A DNA stretch of 64,000 nucleotides from Patescibacteria group bacterium (GTDB lineage Bacteria > Patescibacteriota > UBA1384 > UBA12157 > JAENIV01). The stretch covers positions 105 to 64,104 of the forward strand of contig JBAYHL010000004.1 in the NCBI GenBank assembly GCA_041666185.1, in the 5' to 3' direction. A program made the translations under genes and the position numbers. Below, in pieces: positions 31,053 through 40,184 of this stretch (the stretch's first letter is position 1; each line of letters begins with the position of its first letter). Under the pieces are notes generated by a model, which searched no databases, was not told the DNA's origin, and was given only the letters and a program-made list of their open reading frames with translations.

Positions 31053-32246
31053 TTAATTATTAATCTTAGCATATTTAATCAATTTGTCAAGAGCAAGCTT
31101 GCCCGCTTCCTTGTCTTTAGAATCAATTTTCTCTAACTTTACAATTTCGCCAAGAGCTAAACCAATCTTAATTGTTTTTTCAGCTTGAGGAATTAACTCT
31201 TTTCTGAATTCTTCTTCTGTTTTTTTAATACTTTCTAAATATTTTTCAAACGGCATTCCCATACCTGCCGCACGTGTACGAATGTCATTTACTTGCCGCT
31301 CAATTTCTTGGTTTATTAGACCTTCAGGGACTTCAGTATCTGTTATTTTCAAAAGCTCATCTAAAACTTGGTTTTCGGTATTTCTTTTTTCCACTTCTTG
31401 TTTTTGCAAAATAATATCATCACCAATAGCTTTTTTAAGATCTTCTAAAGATTTTTTTTCAAAAGTTTTAGCAAATGTATCATTTAATTCTGGTAAGATC
31501 ACTTCTTGAGTTTCTAGAACTTCAACCTTAAAATCAATTGATTTTTTGGGTTGTTTTTCATCTTTTGGATCAGCTAATTTAATAGTAAACTCTTTTTTAT
31601 CACCTTTTTTTAAACCTATTAAATTCTTTTCAAAATCAGGAATCAGCGAACCACTACCCAAAATTACCGGATAGTGATTTGAGGAAAGATTCTCTAGCTT
31701 TACACCTTTTTCAAAACCTTCAAAATTAACTTCTACTCGATCTCCATTTTTTAAAGGACGATCAATATCGGTAAAAGTCGCTTTTTGGCGCTGTAGATGT
31801 GATAAAACCTGTTTAATTTCTTCATCAGTTGTCTTAGAACTTTCCGAAGATTTCTTAATTTTTATTTTCTTATAATCGCCAACTTTGACAACTGGTAAAA
31901 TATCAACTTCGACAGTGTATTCTAATTCTGCCGTATCAGCTGTTAGATCTTTTAGAACTTTAATATCAACTTTTGGTTGAGATACTGGTAAAATATCTTC
32001 TTTTTTTAAAGCCTTACCATACGTTTCCTGTAAAGCAATGTCTAAAATTTCGGAATTAAGTCTATTTTCCCCAATAGCCGAGATTGTTAAACTTTTTGGG
32101 GCTGTTCCCGTTCGAAAACCCTTAACTTCAACAGTTGGAGCTAATTTTTCATAAGCACGTGCAAAAAACTCTCGCATCTCTGGAGAGCTCACTTTAATCG
32201 ATAATTTAACTTTTGATTTTGATAAATTTTCTTTTTTTATTTCCAT
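31053..32246 (-). CDS. tig: Trigger factor
   Basis: VKGFRTGTAP ribosome-binding signature and FKBP-like domain; probable start MEIKKE. Confidence 0.92.
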   Translation of the reverse strand: MEIKKENLSKSKVKLSIKVSSPEMREFFARAYEKLAPTVEVKGFRTGTAPKSLTISAIGENRLNSEILDIALQETYGKALKKEDILPVSQPKVDIKVLKDLTADTAELEYTVEVDILPVVKVGDYKKIKIKKSSESSKTTDEEIKQVLSHLQRQKATFTDIDRPLKNGDRVEVNFEGFEKGVKLENLSSNHYPVILGSGSLIPDFEKNLIGLKKGDKKEFTIKLADPKDEKQPKKSIDFKVEVLETQEVILPELNDTFAKTFEKKSLEDLKKAIGDDIILQKQEVEKRNTENQVLDELLKITDTEVPEGLINQEIERQVNDIRTRAAGMGMPFEKYLESIKKTEEEFRKELIPQAEKTIKIGLALGEIVKLEKIDSKDKEAGKLALDKLIKYAKINN

Positions 32247-32293
32247 AGAGTTTACACTACCATAAAAAGTGCTATTTGACAAGTGATTACACC

Positions 32294-33394
32294 TTAACCA
32301 AGTACTTCTAGTCCAGGTAAGGTCTTGCCAGCTAAAAATTCCAAGGTTGCGCCACCACCAATTGAAAGAAAGTCAAATTTATCTTCCAAGTTATGTTGGC
32401 GAATAAAAGAGGTTGTATCGCCACCGCCAGCATATTTTTTAGCCGGCGAATCAACAATTGCTTTAGTAATTGCCAATGTCCCATGACTGAATTCTTCTAT
32501 TTCAGATATCCCCATATTACCGTTAAAAAAGATGGTTTTGGAATCAGCAATAATTTGAGCAAATTCTTTAATTGTTTTAATCCCAACATCAACAGCTGAG
32601 GAATTATCGATATCTAATAAATTATCTAATGCGAGAGTCTTTAAGTTTTCTTCTTTTTCTAACGACTCTGAAAAAACTAGATCCTGAGGTAACTTAATCT
32701 GATCATCTAAATTTTTAATTATTTCCCGAGCTTCTTTCAAAACTTCTTTCTCAATCAAAGATTTGCCTAAATAATAATCACATGCCGCTAAAAAAGTATT
32801 TGCCACTACTCCACCAAGTAAGAAATTTTCACATTTTTGGGATAAATTTTTTATTACTGGCAATTTTGTTTCTGCTTTTTTACCACCAATTATAATAGTA
32901 AAGCCATCTGAACTTTCTAAAATTTTACTTAAATTTTCCACCTCACGTTGCACCGAAAAACCGGCATAAGTCGGTAGTAACTTAGCAACACCTACTGTCG
33001 AAGCATGAGCCCTGTGACAAGTAGCGAAAGCATCTTGGATAAATAAATCTTGTCCTGTTGATAAAAGTTTTGAAAATTCTGGATCATTTTCTTCTTCACC
33101 TAAATTGAAACGTAAATTTTCTAAAATTTGCCAATTTTGATGTGTTCCCAAAAGTTCAATTAATTTATCTTCCACTGGTCGCATTTTAAGTTCTGATACC
33201 TCTTTACCATTAGGCCTGCCAATATGGCCAATAATTGTTATCTTGGCATTATTTTCTATCAAATACCTAAGAGTCGGTACACTTGCTTGCAATCTTTCGT
33301 CATCAATTACCACCCCATTTTCAATCGGGACGTCGCCATCAATGCGAATCAGAACATTTTTATTATTTACATCTATTTGATTAATAATTTTCAT
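32294..33394 (-). CDS. pgk: Phosphoglycerate kinase
   Basis: HIGRP, LENLRF, DAFATCHRAHAS, GGGDT, SIGGGATLE. Confidence 0.95.
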   Translation of the reverse strand: MKIINQIDVNNKNVLIRIDGDVPIENGVVIDDERLQASVPTLRYLIENNAKITIIGHIGRPNGKEVSELKMRPVEDKLIELLGTHQNWQILENLRFNLGEEENDPEFSKLLSTGQDLFIQDAFATCHRAHASTVGVAKLLPTYAGFSVQREVENLSKILESSDGFTIIIGGKKAETKLPVIKNLSQKCENFLLGGVVANTFLAACDYYLGKSLIEKEVLKEAREIIKNLDDQIKLPQDLVFSESLEKEENLKTLALDNLLDIDNSSAVDVGIKTIKEFAQIIADSKTIFFNGNMGISEIEEFSHGTLAITKAIVDSPAKKYAGGGDTTSFIRQHNLEDKFDFLSIGGGATLEFLAGKTLPGLEVLG

Positions 33395-33398
33395 TTTT

Positions 33399-34142
33399 TT
33401 ATTTCGTAATCCAGCCACCGTCAACAACCAAAACTTGGCCGGTAATATAACTGGCTTCGTCTGAGGCTAAAAACAAAACCGCATTAGCAATATCTTCCGG
33501 CTCGCCCATTCGCCCTAAAGGAATACTAGCAATAGTCTGAGCTTTAGTTTCCTCAGTCATCCCCATGCTAGCCCCCGGCGTACTAATTGCGCCCGGAGCC
33601 ACTGCATTAACATTGATTTTTTTGCTTGCTAATTCCAATGCTAGTGCACGGATAAACCCATTCACCCCACCTTTTGAGGCACAATAATGAGACAGACCAG
33701 AAAAACCAACAAAAGAAGCAATGGATGAAATATCCACAATTTTCGAGCCTTCTTTCATAACCTTTACAGCCGACTTCGAACACAAAAAAACGCTTTTTAA
33801 ATTAACATCCAAAACTCGATCCCAATCCTCTTCCGTCATTTCCAAAAACGGTTTGTACGGAAAAATTCCAGCATTATTAACTAAAATATCTAGTTTTCCG
33901 AAGCTTTCTATTGTCTTAGTAATTAAATTATCCACTTCCTGATTTTTGGAAACATCGCATTTAATTGCCATAGCTTTTTGACCGGATTGATTTATTTCAT
34001 CGGCAACTTTTTGAGCGCTTTCTTCGTTTAGATCGCTTACCACAACTGAGCAACCTTCGTTTGCTAACTTTTTCGCAATTCCTTGACCGATCCCTTGACC
34101 AGATCCAGTCACAATTGCTACTTTATCTTTAAGACGATCCAT
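33399..34142 (-). CDS. Classical SDR oxidoreductase (FabG-like)
   Basis: TGSGQGIG, NNAG, YCASK, ITGQ...VDGG. Confidence 0.9.
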   Translation of the reverse strand: MDRLKDKVAIVTGSGQGIGQGIAKKLANEGCSVVVSDLNEESAQKVADEINQSGQKAMAIKCDVSKNQEVDNLITKTIESFGKLDILVNNAGIFPYKPFLEMTEEDWDRVLDVNLKSVFLCSKSAVKVMKEGSKIVDISSIASFVGFSGLSHYCASKGGVNGFIRALALELASKKINVNAVAPGAISTPGASMGMTEETKAQTIASIPLGRMGEPEDIANAVLFLASDEASYITGQVLVVDGGWITK

Positions 34143-34170
34143 TTCTATCTCCTTCTTTTAAAAACTATGG

Positions 34171-35583
34171 TTAAATTTTACAAATTCTTGCCTGTTGAGT
34201 GTTGTAACTTGTGTGTAAATATTTCTGCGCAAGCTCTGAACCAGCACAGCCGAAAAATTCATCGTAAACTTGTTTTACAATTGGATTTTCATGCGCTTTC
34301 CTGACGGGTTTGTGAGCATCAATTTCATATAAAGCTTTTCGACGTTTATTAATAGTATCTACCGTTGCTGGTTTTGGTTGTCCACCACCACCAACGCAAC
34401 CACCAGGACAAGCCATCACTTCAACATAATGATAAGTTTCACCATTTTTAATTTCTTCGATTATCTTTTCTGCATTGGCAAGACCTGTAGCAATAGCTAT
34501 TTTAATTTCTTTATCACCAATATTTAGAGTTGCTTTTTTAATTCCTTCCATTCCTCGAAATTCTTCATAATCAATTTTATCAATTTTAATATTTCTAAAG
34601 ATATCAGCAAAAGTTCTCACAGCAGATTCCATTACTCCGCCAGAAGCACCATAAATCGCTCCCGCGCCACTTGCTTTACCTAAAGGGGCATCAAAATCAA
34701 CTGACTCTAATTCTGGTAAATTTATTTGGGCTTCTTTTATCATTTTTATAAATTCACGAGTTGTCAAAACCCAGTCAACATCAAATTGGCCAGATTTGTC
34801 TTCACCTTCTCTTTTGGATTCAAACTTTTTAGCGACACAAGGCATAATCGAAACAACGGAAATTTTTGCCGGATCAATTTTCATTTTTTTGGCAAAAAAG
34901 GTTTTAATAATAACCGCTAAACATTCTTGCGGTGAACGCACCGAGGTAATATTTGGAATCAATTCTGGATGAAAATCTTCAATAAATTTAACTCTTGCCG
35001 GGCAGCAAGAAGTAAATAAAGGAGTTTTACCCTCTAGTACCCTGTCCTTCAAATCATAGGCTTCTTCGTAAGTAGTAAAGTCAGCCCCTAGATTAACATC
35101 AAAAACATAATCAAATCCCATTTTTTTCAAAGCCGCTACCATCTGACCTTCTAAAATATCTTCTGGATTTTTGCCAAACGACTCACCCAAACTTACACGA
35201 ATTGAAGGAGCGATTTGGGCGATAACAATTTTGTCTTTATTTTCAAGATCTTTTTTAACATCTTCAATATTTTCTTTTTCGGAAAGTGTGCCTGTAGGAC
35301 AAGCAAGTATGCATTGCCCGCAACGAGTACAATTACTTTCAGAAACTTTTAATTTCCCATCAGGTCTAAAATAAGAACACTCGCCAACTTTTACTTCAAC
35401 TGGTATACCTAAATTATTATGCTCTAAGCAAGCTGTTCGACAAAGTCCGCAACTAATGCATTTTTTTTCATCACGAATAATTGCGACATCATCAAAATCT
35501 TGAAAAGTTTCACATTTTTGATTCTGGAGAACATTTTGCTTTGGTTTTATTTCAAAATCTTTACCATTTATTTCTACTGCCAT
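34171..35583 (-). CDS. hydA: Group A [FeFe]-hydrogenase with 2x[4Fe-4S] domain
   Basis: H-cluster motifs TSCCPA, MPCVAKKFE, EVMACPGGCVGGGGQP; ADFT.YEE; CISCGLC...C and CTRCGQCILACP; small-subunit tail HENP...LHTSY. Confidence 0.93.
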   Translation of the reverse strand: MAVEINGKDFEIKPKQNVLQNQKCETFQDFDDVAIIRDEKKCISCGLCRTACLEHNNLGIPVEVKVGECSYFRPDGKLKVSESNCTRCGQCILACPTGTLSEKENIEDVKKDLENKDKIVIAQIAPSIRVSLGESFGKNPEDILEGQMVAALKKMGFDYVFDVNLGADFTTYEEAYDLKDRVLEGKTPLFTSCCPARVKFIEDFHPELIPNITSVRSPQECLAVIIKTFFAKKMKIDPAKISVVSIMPCVAKKFESKREGEDKSGQFDVDWVLTTREFIKMIKEAQINLPELESVDFDAPLGKASGAGAIYGASGGVMESAVRTFADIFRNIKIDKIDYEEFRGMEGIKKATLNIGDKEIKIAIATGLANAEKIIEEIKNGETYHYVEVMACPGGCVGGGGQPKPATVDTINKRRKALYEIDAHKPVRKAHENPIVKQVYDEFFGCAGSELAQKYLHTSYNTQQARICKI

Positions 35584-35592
35584 TTGTCCTTT

Positions 35593-35790
35593 CTATTTGC
35601 TCTTATAAATAACCCTGAAAAACACAACTACACCGACCAAGAAAAAGAAAAGCGAAACTGTTGTAAGCACTGTCACCGATTGGCTATAAGTTGCTGCGCT
35701 AGCCGAAACAAATAGTCTGTCTGCTCCTAAAAGCAAAGTACCAATAATTAAAGAGGCAAGACCAATTACAAGTTGGTTACTTTTTTTCAT
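35593..35790 (-). CDS. Small two-TM membrane protein
   Basis: In operon context, two hydrophobic helices. Confidence 0.6.
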   Translation of the reverse strand: MKKSNQLVIGLASLIIGTLLLGADRLFVSASAATYSQSVTVLTTVSLFFFLVGVVVFFRVIYKSK

Positions 35791-35825
35791 AATAATTCCC
35801 CATTTTCCAGACTTAAAGCTTTGAG

Positions 35826-36242
35826 CTATTTATGCTCATCAAGCCATTTCTTTAAAACATCTTTGGTTTGAAATCCCACCAATCGATCACCATTAGAAGC
35901 AATAAAAGTTGGTGTACCAGTTACGTTTGCTTGAGTTGCCAGTTCTGGTTTTTCACCAATGTTCATTGACTTAACTTTATAGCCTTCATTACCAAGAGGT
36001 GCTAAAACTTCGTCTTTTTCTTTTTGGCACCAATGACAAAAATCGGAATAATAATAAGCTACTTTAGCATCTTCGGCAAAATATGATTGATTTGTTGCAG
36101 CCCCTGCAACTTGTTGATTATCATTTGAAGGTAGAGGGTTAGCAACAATTTCTTTTTTTGACAGTTTTAAATAACCGACTAATCCTAAACCTACTACTAA
36201 GATCAAAACTATGATACTAATTAATGCCCAATCTTTACGCAT
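35826..36242 (-). CDS. Membrane-anchored thioredoxin-fold protein
   Basis: CHWC motif and GTPTF; N-terminal TM helix. Confidence 0.85.
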   Translation of the reverse strand: MRKDWALISIIVLILVVGLGLVGYLKLSKKEIVANPLPSNDNQQVAGAATNQSYFAEDAKVAYYYSDFCHWCQKEKDEVLAPLGNEGYKVKSMNIGEKPELATQANVTGTPTFIASNGDRLVGFQTKDVLKKWLDEHK

Positions 36243-36251
36243 TTTAACTCC

Positions 36252-37262
36252 TCATTTATTTATTTTTTCTTCAATATATTGGCAAAATTTGGTTAATCTT
36301 TTGGAATAACCCATTTCATTATCATACCAAGCAACAACCCTTATCAAATTACCATCAATCACCTGTGTTGACAAGAGATCAACAATCGCTCCATGAGGAT
36401 CACCTTTAAAATCAATACTCACCAACGGTTCTTCTGTTACTGCTAAAGCTTCTCGATACTTTGGGTCTAAGGAAGCGGTAATGAAAGCATCATTTACTTC
36501 AGAAACACTAGTCTCCTTACTCACTAAGGCAACGAAATCAATCATTGAAACAGTTGAAGTTGGTACACGATAAGACATTCCATCCATAGTTCCACGAAGT
36601 TCAGGTAAAACTTCGCAAGCCGCTTTGGTGGCTCCAGTTGTCGTCGGAATAATTGAAACTGTCGCCGATCTTGCTCGTCTTAAATCTTTATGGACATCAT
36701 CTTGCAACCTTTGATCCATTGTATATGAATGAATAGTCGACATTGAAGATTTCTTAATATTAAAACTTTTGTGCAAAACGTCAGCAACTGGCACTAAACA
36801 ATTAGTAGTACAAGAAGCCATTGAAAGAACTTTATCTTCTTTCAGGTCGAGTTTTTCTTCGTTTACACCTAAAACAAAAGTTTTAACTTTTTTTTCACCT
36901 TTAGCCGGAGCAGAAATTATTACATGCTTAGCGCCTGCTTTAAGATGATTGGAAGCTCCTTCGTGATCCGTAAAAACTCCCGTTGACTCAATCACGATAT
37001 CAACGTCTAATTTTTCCCAAGGTAATTTTGTAGGATCTTTCTCAGCAAATACAGAAATAGGCTTATTATCAACCAAAAGCTGACCATCAACTATCTCAAC
37101 CTTACTGCCAAAAAGACCATAAGTTGAATCATGCTTTAACAAATGAACCAGTGTTTCAATATCCGTCAAATCATTAATAGCGACAATATCCAACTTTTCT
37201 TCATAAGCCGCTCTAAAAAAAGTTCGCCCGATTCGACCAAAACCATTAATGGCAATTTTCAT
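36252..37262 (-). CDS. gap: Glyceraldehyde-3-phosphate dehydrogenase, type I
   Basis: INGFGRIG, ASCTTNC, WYDNE. Confidence 0.97.
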   Translation of the reverse strand: MKIAINGFGRIGRTFFRAAYEEKLDIVAINDLTDIETLVHLLKHDSTYGLFGSKVEIVDGQLLVDNKPISVFAEKDPTKLPWEKLDVDIVIESTGVFTDHEGASNHLKAGAKHVIISAPAKGEKKVKTFVLGVNEEKLDLKEDKVLSMASCTTNCLVPVADVLHKSFNIKKSSMSTIHSYTMDQRLQDDVHKDLRRARSATVSIIPTTTGATKAACEVLPELRGTMDGMSYRVPTSTVSMIDFVALVSKETSVSEVNDAFITASLDPKYREALAVTEEPLVSIDFKGDPHGAIVDLLSTQVIDGNLIRVVAWYDNEMGYSKRLTKFCQYIEEKINK

Positions 37263-37301
37263 TATAACCTCCGTTATTATTTATTATAATACATTTACGT
37301 T

Positions 37302-38309
37302 TCAAGAAAATCTTAAGCCTGCTGCCGGCCAACGATATTCTTTAACTTTTCTTTTAATTACGCTACTTGAAAGCAGTCCTTCTTGAGCCCCAATTTTACC
37401 AACAACTGAAGCAGAATTAACAACTCCCCACTTCAAACAATCTTGAAGTGGTTGACCTTGCATAAGACCAGCCAGAAAACCAGCAGAAAAAGAATCGCCA
37501 GCGCCAGTCGCATCAAGTCTTGCACCAGGATAAATTCCAACTTTTAAAAATGTTTCTTTGGTGTAAACATAGGCACCTTCTTGACCATCAGTGATAACAA
37601 CCATCTTAGGGCCACGAAGACTTATTGCTTTAGCAATATCTTTTATTTGCGGTGTCCCAGAAAGCCCCGAAAGACGTTGAGCTTCTTCACGATTAAGAAA
37701 TATAACCTCTAGCAATTCCTTTAAACCACCAAAGCTTTCTAAACCGGCATTGATTTGAACCGAACCAGGGTTAACAGCTACTTTAAGATTATTTTTAACA
37801 ACTAGTGCTGTAATTTGGTTATAAATTCTTTCGTAACCTTTTGCCATCGGCCCAAGAAAAACCCATGAGCTATTAAACTCTTTTGGCAAAACAAAATCTT
37901 CTGGCTTAAAAGAATGATAAACAAAAATTGTTCTTTCACCTTTATAAGAAACTATTACTGAAAAACTACTTTTTCTCAACTTAAAAACTTTAAGATTTTC
38001 TGTACCAACTTTTTTTTCTTCAAGATTGTCGATGATTTCACTACCATTACTGTCACCACCAACAGATGAAATAATCTTTGTTTTGAATCCTAATTTTGCC
38101 ATACCTACGGCCACGTTAGTTGCCGTACCACCATTAGAAAAACAAACATCAGAAACATTAATTTTATCACCCAGACCAAAAACTAAGTATTTATCAAAAT
38201 GATCTTCAGCACTAATTTTTTCGTCAGTTACTGGTTTTTCCATATCTTCAAGCTCAGGAAAAACAAAAATATCACGCATTGCATCGCCAATTGTAATTAT
38301 GTCATACAT
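37302..38309 (-). CDS. PfkB-family carbohydrate kinase
   Basis: GG.ATNVAV, NREEA, DATGAGDSF. Confidence 0.9.
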   Translation of the reverse strand: MYDIITIGDAMRDIFVFPELEDMEKPVTDEKISAEDHFDKYLVFGLGDKINVSDVCFSNGGTATNVAVGMAKLGFKTKIISSVGGDSNGSEIIDNLEEKKVGTENLKVFKLRKSSFSVIVSYKGERTIFVYHSFKPEDFVLPKEFNSSWVFLGPMAKGYERIYNQITALVVKNNLKVAVNPGSVQINAGLESFGGLKELLEVIFLNREEAQRLSGLSGTPQIKDIAKAISLRGPKMVVITDGQEGAYVYTKETFLKVGIYPGARLDATGAGDSFSAGFLAGLMQGQPLQDCLKWGVVNSASVVGKIGAQEGLLSSSVIKRKVKEYRWPAAGLRFS

Positions 38310-38328
38310 AATAGTTAATTCTCAGTTT

Positions 38329-39159
38329 TTAAGCTTTGTTATTACTACCAAATAGCTTGATTTTTCTCTCTACTAAGTTCTGTACTCCCACCATCACCTC
38401 TTCCAAAATCTCACGAGGATCTTGTTCTTCCGGATGATCTTTTAGAACTTCTCGTAAATCTTTGGTAAATTCATGTCGTATATCGGTATCAATGTTTACC
38501 TTACAAATACCATTAGCAATAACTTTTTTAACATCGTTATCTGGTATGCCCGATCCACCATGCAAAACTAAAGGAATGTCAGTAAAAGCTTTTATTTGAT
38601 TAAGAAGATTTAAATTTAATTTTTCATCGTCAGCGACGCCATGAGATGAACCGATCGAAATTGCTAAAAAATCAACTTCTGTTTTTTTTACAAATTCTAA
38701 AACATCTTCTGGGTTAGTGAATTGACTTTCGCTTTTACCTGCTTTCCCCAAAGCACCCAATTCTCCTTCGCAAGGAACATCTGCAACGTGTGCCATCATT
38801 GCCGCTTGATGAGTTAAGGCGATATTTTCTCCCAACAGCATGTCTGACCCGTCAATCATCACAGAAGTATAACCAGCCTCAAGACACACTTTAACAATAT
38901 GTAAACTTTTGCCGTGATCTAAATGTAAAGCTACTGGCACTTTAGCATTTTCAGCTTCCTGGCGAATTAAAGCGGCTAACGTTTCAATACCACCATACTG
39001 AATTGCTTTCTCTGAAGTTGCGACCATAACTGGTGAGAGTTGGGCTTCCGCTGCTTTAATAATTGCCTTTGTAATTTCTAAATCAGAAGTGTTAAAACAA
39101 CCAACAGCGTAACCACCCCTTTTTGCATCTAAAATCATTTGTTTGGATGTAACTAACAT
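38329..39159 (-). CDS. fba: Class II fructose-bisphosphate aldolase
   Basis: HLDHG, SVMIDGS, EGELG, LVLHGGSG, KVNIDT. Confidence 0.95.
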   Translation of the reverse strand: MLVTSKQMILDAKRGGYAVGCFNTSDLEITKAIIKAAEAQLSPVMVATSEKAIQYGGIETLAALIRQEAENAKVPVALHLDHGKSLHIVKVCLEAGYTSVMIDGSDMLLGENIALTHQAAMMAHVADVPCEGELGALGKAGKSESQFTNPEDVLEFVKKTEVDFLAISIGSSHGVADDEKLNLNLLNQIKAFTDIPLVLHGGSGIPDNDVKKVIANGICKVNIDTDIRHEFTKDLREVLKDHPEEQDPREILEEVMVGVQNLVERKIKLFGSNNKA

Positions 39160-39198
39160 ATTTTTTCTTTCTATCTACTTCTTAATTTTCAAAAGCGA

Positions 39199-39329
39199 GC
39201 CATATATCTATCAAAGTAAATCGCGCAGCCGAGCGGGCAAGGTGTGAACGCAGTGAACGAGCGAGGCGAGCGCTTAGGACCAAAATTCTCGCTGGGAATT
39301 TTGAGTCCGGTACTTTGATGGATATTGGC
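39199..39329. repeat. Structured GC-rich intergenic palindromic element (REP/MITE-like)
   Basis: ~19-bp terminal inverted repeats enclosing two internal hairpins. Confidence 0.65.
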
Positions 39330-39334
39330 AAGCG

Positions 39335-40126
39335 TCAGTCTTCCCCCGCCGCTTGCTTACAAATTTCAATAAATTCTTTTGCTTTTAAAGACGCTCCACC
39401 AACTAGCGCACCATCAATTTCAGGCTGAAGAGTAAATTCACAAATATTTTTTGAATCAACTGAACCACCATATAGAATCCTAACTCTTTCAGAAAGTGAT
39501 TGACTATATTTACGAGCAAAAACCAGGCGGAGTTTTTCAATAACTACAGCAGCATAATCACCAGTAGCCGCATTACCTGTACCAATTGCCCAAACTGGTT
39601 CATAAGCAACAATAATTTTTTCTGCTTTTTCAGCTGATATACCTTTTAAAGCCGCTTCCAATTGATGAACGACGTCCGATTTCAGCTCAACTGAATCTGG
39701 CCTGCCGCGTCCTCTTTTTTGTTGCGTTTTTTTAAGTTCACCAACACAAACAATCGGTGTAATTCCAAAACTTAAAGCAGCATGAATTTTATCATTAATT
39801 AAAGCATTTGATTCACCAAAATGAGAACGGCGTTCACTATGACCTAAAATTACATATTTGACTAAACCCTTAATCATTGTTGGTGAAATTTCTCCGGTCA
39901 TTGCCCCAGACTGCGCAAACCACATATTTTGAGCACCTAAATGGAGATTTTTAGGAGCATGCTCCAAATCTTCCGAAAGTGGCACTAACCAAACAAACGG
40001 CGGGCAAAGAACAACTTCTACAGAATCCAAATCTTCCGCTGCACGTCTTATAGAGCTCACTAACACAACAGCATCAGAAAGCGAAGTGTTCATTTTCCAA
40101 TTACCAATAATAAGAGGACGGCGCAT
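39335..40126 (-). CDS. tpiA: Triosephosphate isomerase
   Basis: GNWKMN, GHSERR, AYEPVWAIGTG, YGGSV, LVGGASL. Confidence 0.97.
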   Translation of the reverse strand: MRRPLIIGNWKMNTSLSDAVVLVSSIRRAAEDLDSVEVVLCPPFVWLVPLSEDLEHAPKNLHLGAQNMWFAQSGAMTGEISPTMIKGLVKYVILGHSERRSHFGESNALINDKIHAALSFGITPIVCVGELKKTQQKRGRGRPDSVELKSDVVHQLEAALKGISAEKAEKIIVAYEPVWAIGTGNAATGDYAAVVIEKLRLVFARKYSQSLSERVRILYGGSVDSKNICEFTLQPEIDGALVGGASLKAKEFIEICKQAAGED

Positions 40127-40184
40127 AAAAAACTCCTTTTTTATCTTCTATTTAAATATACAGCAGAGAGTCCAAAAAACAAAA

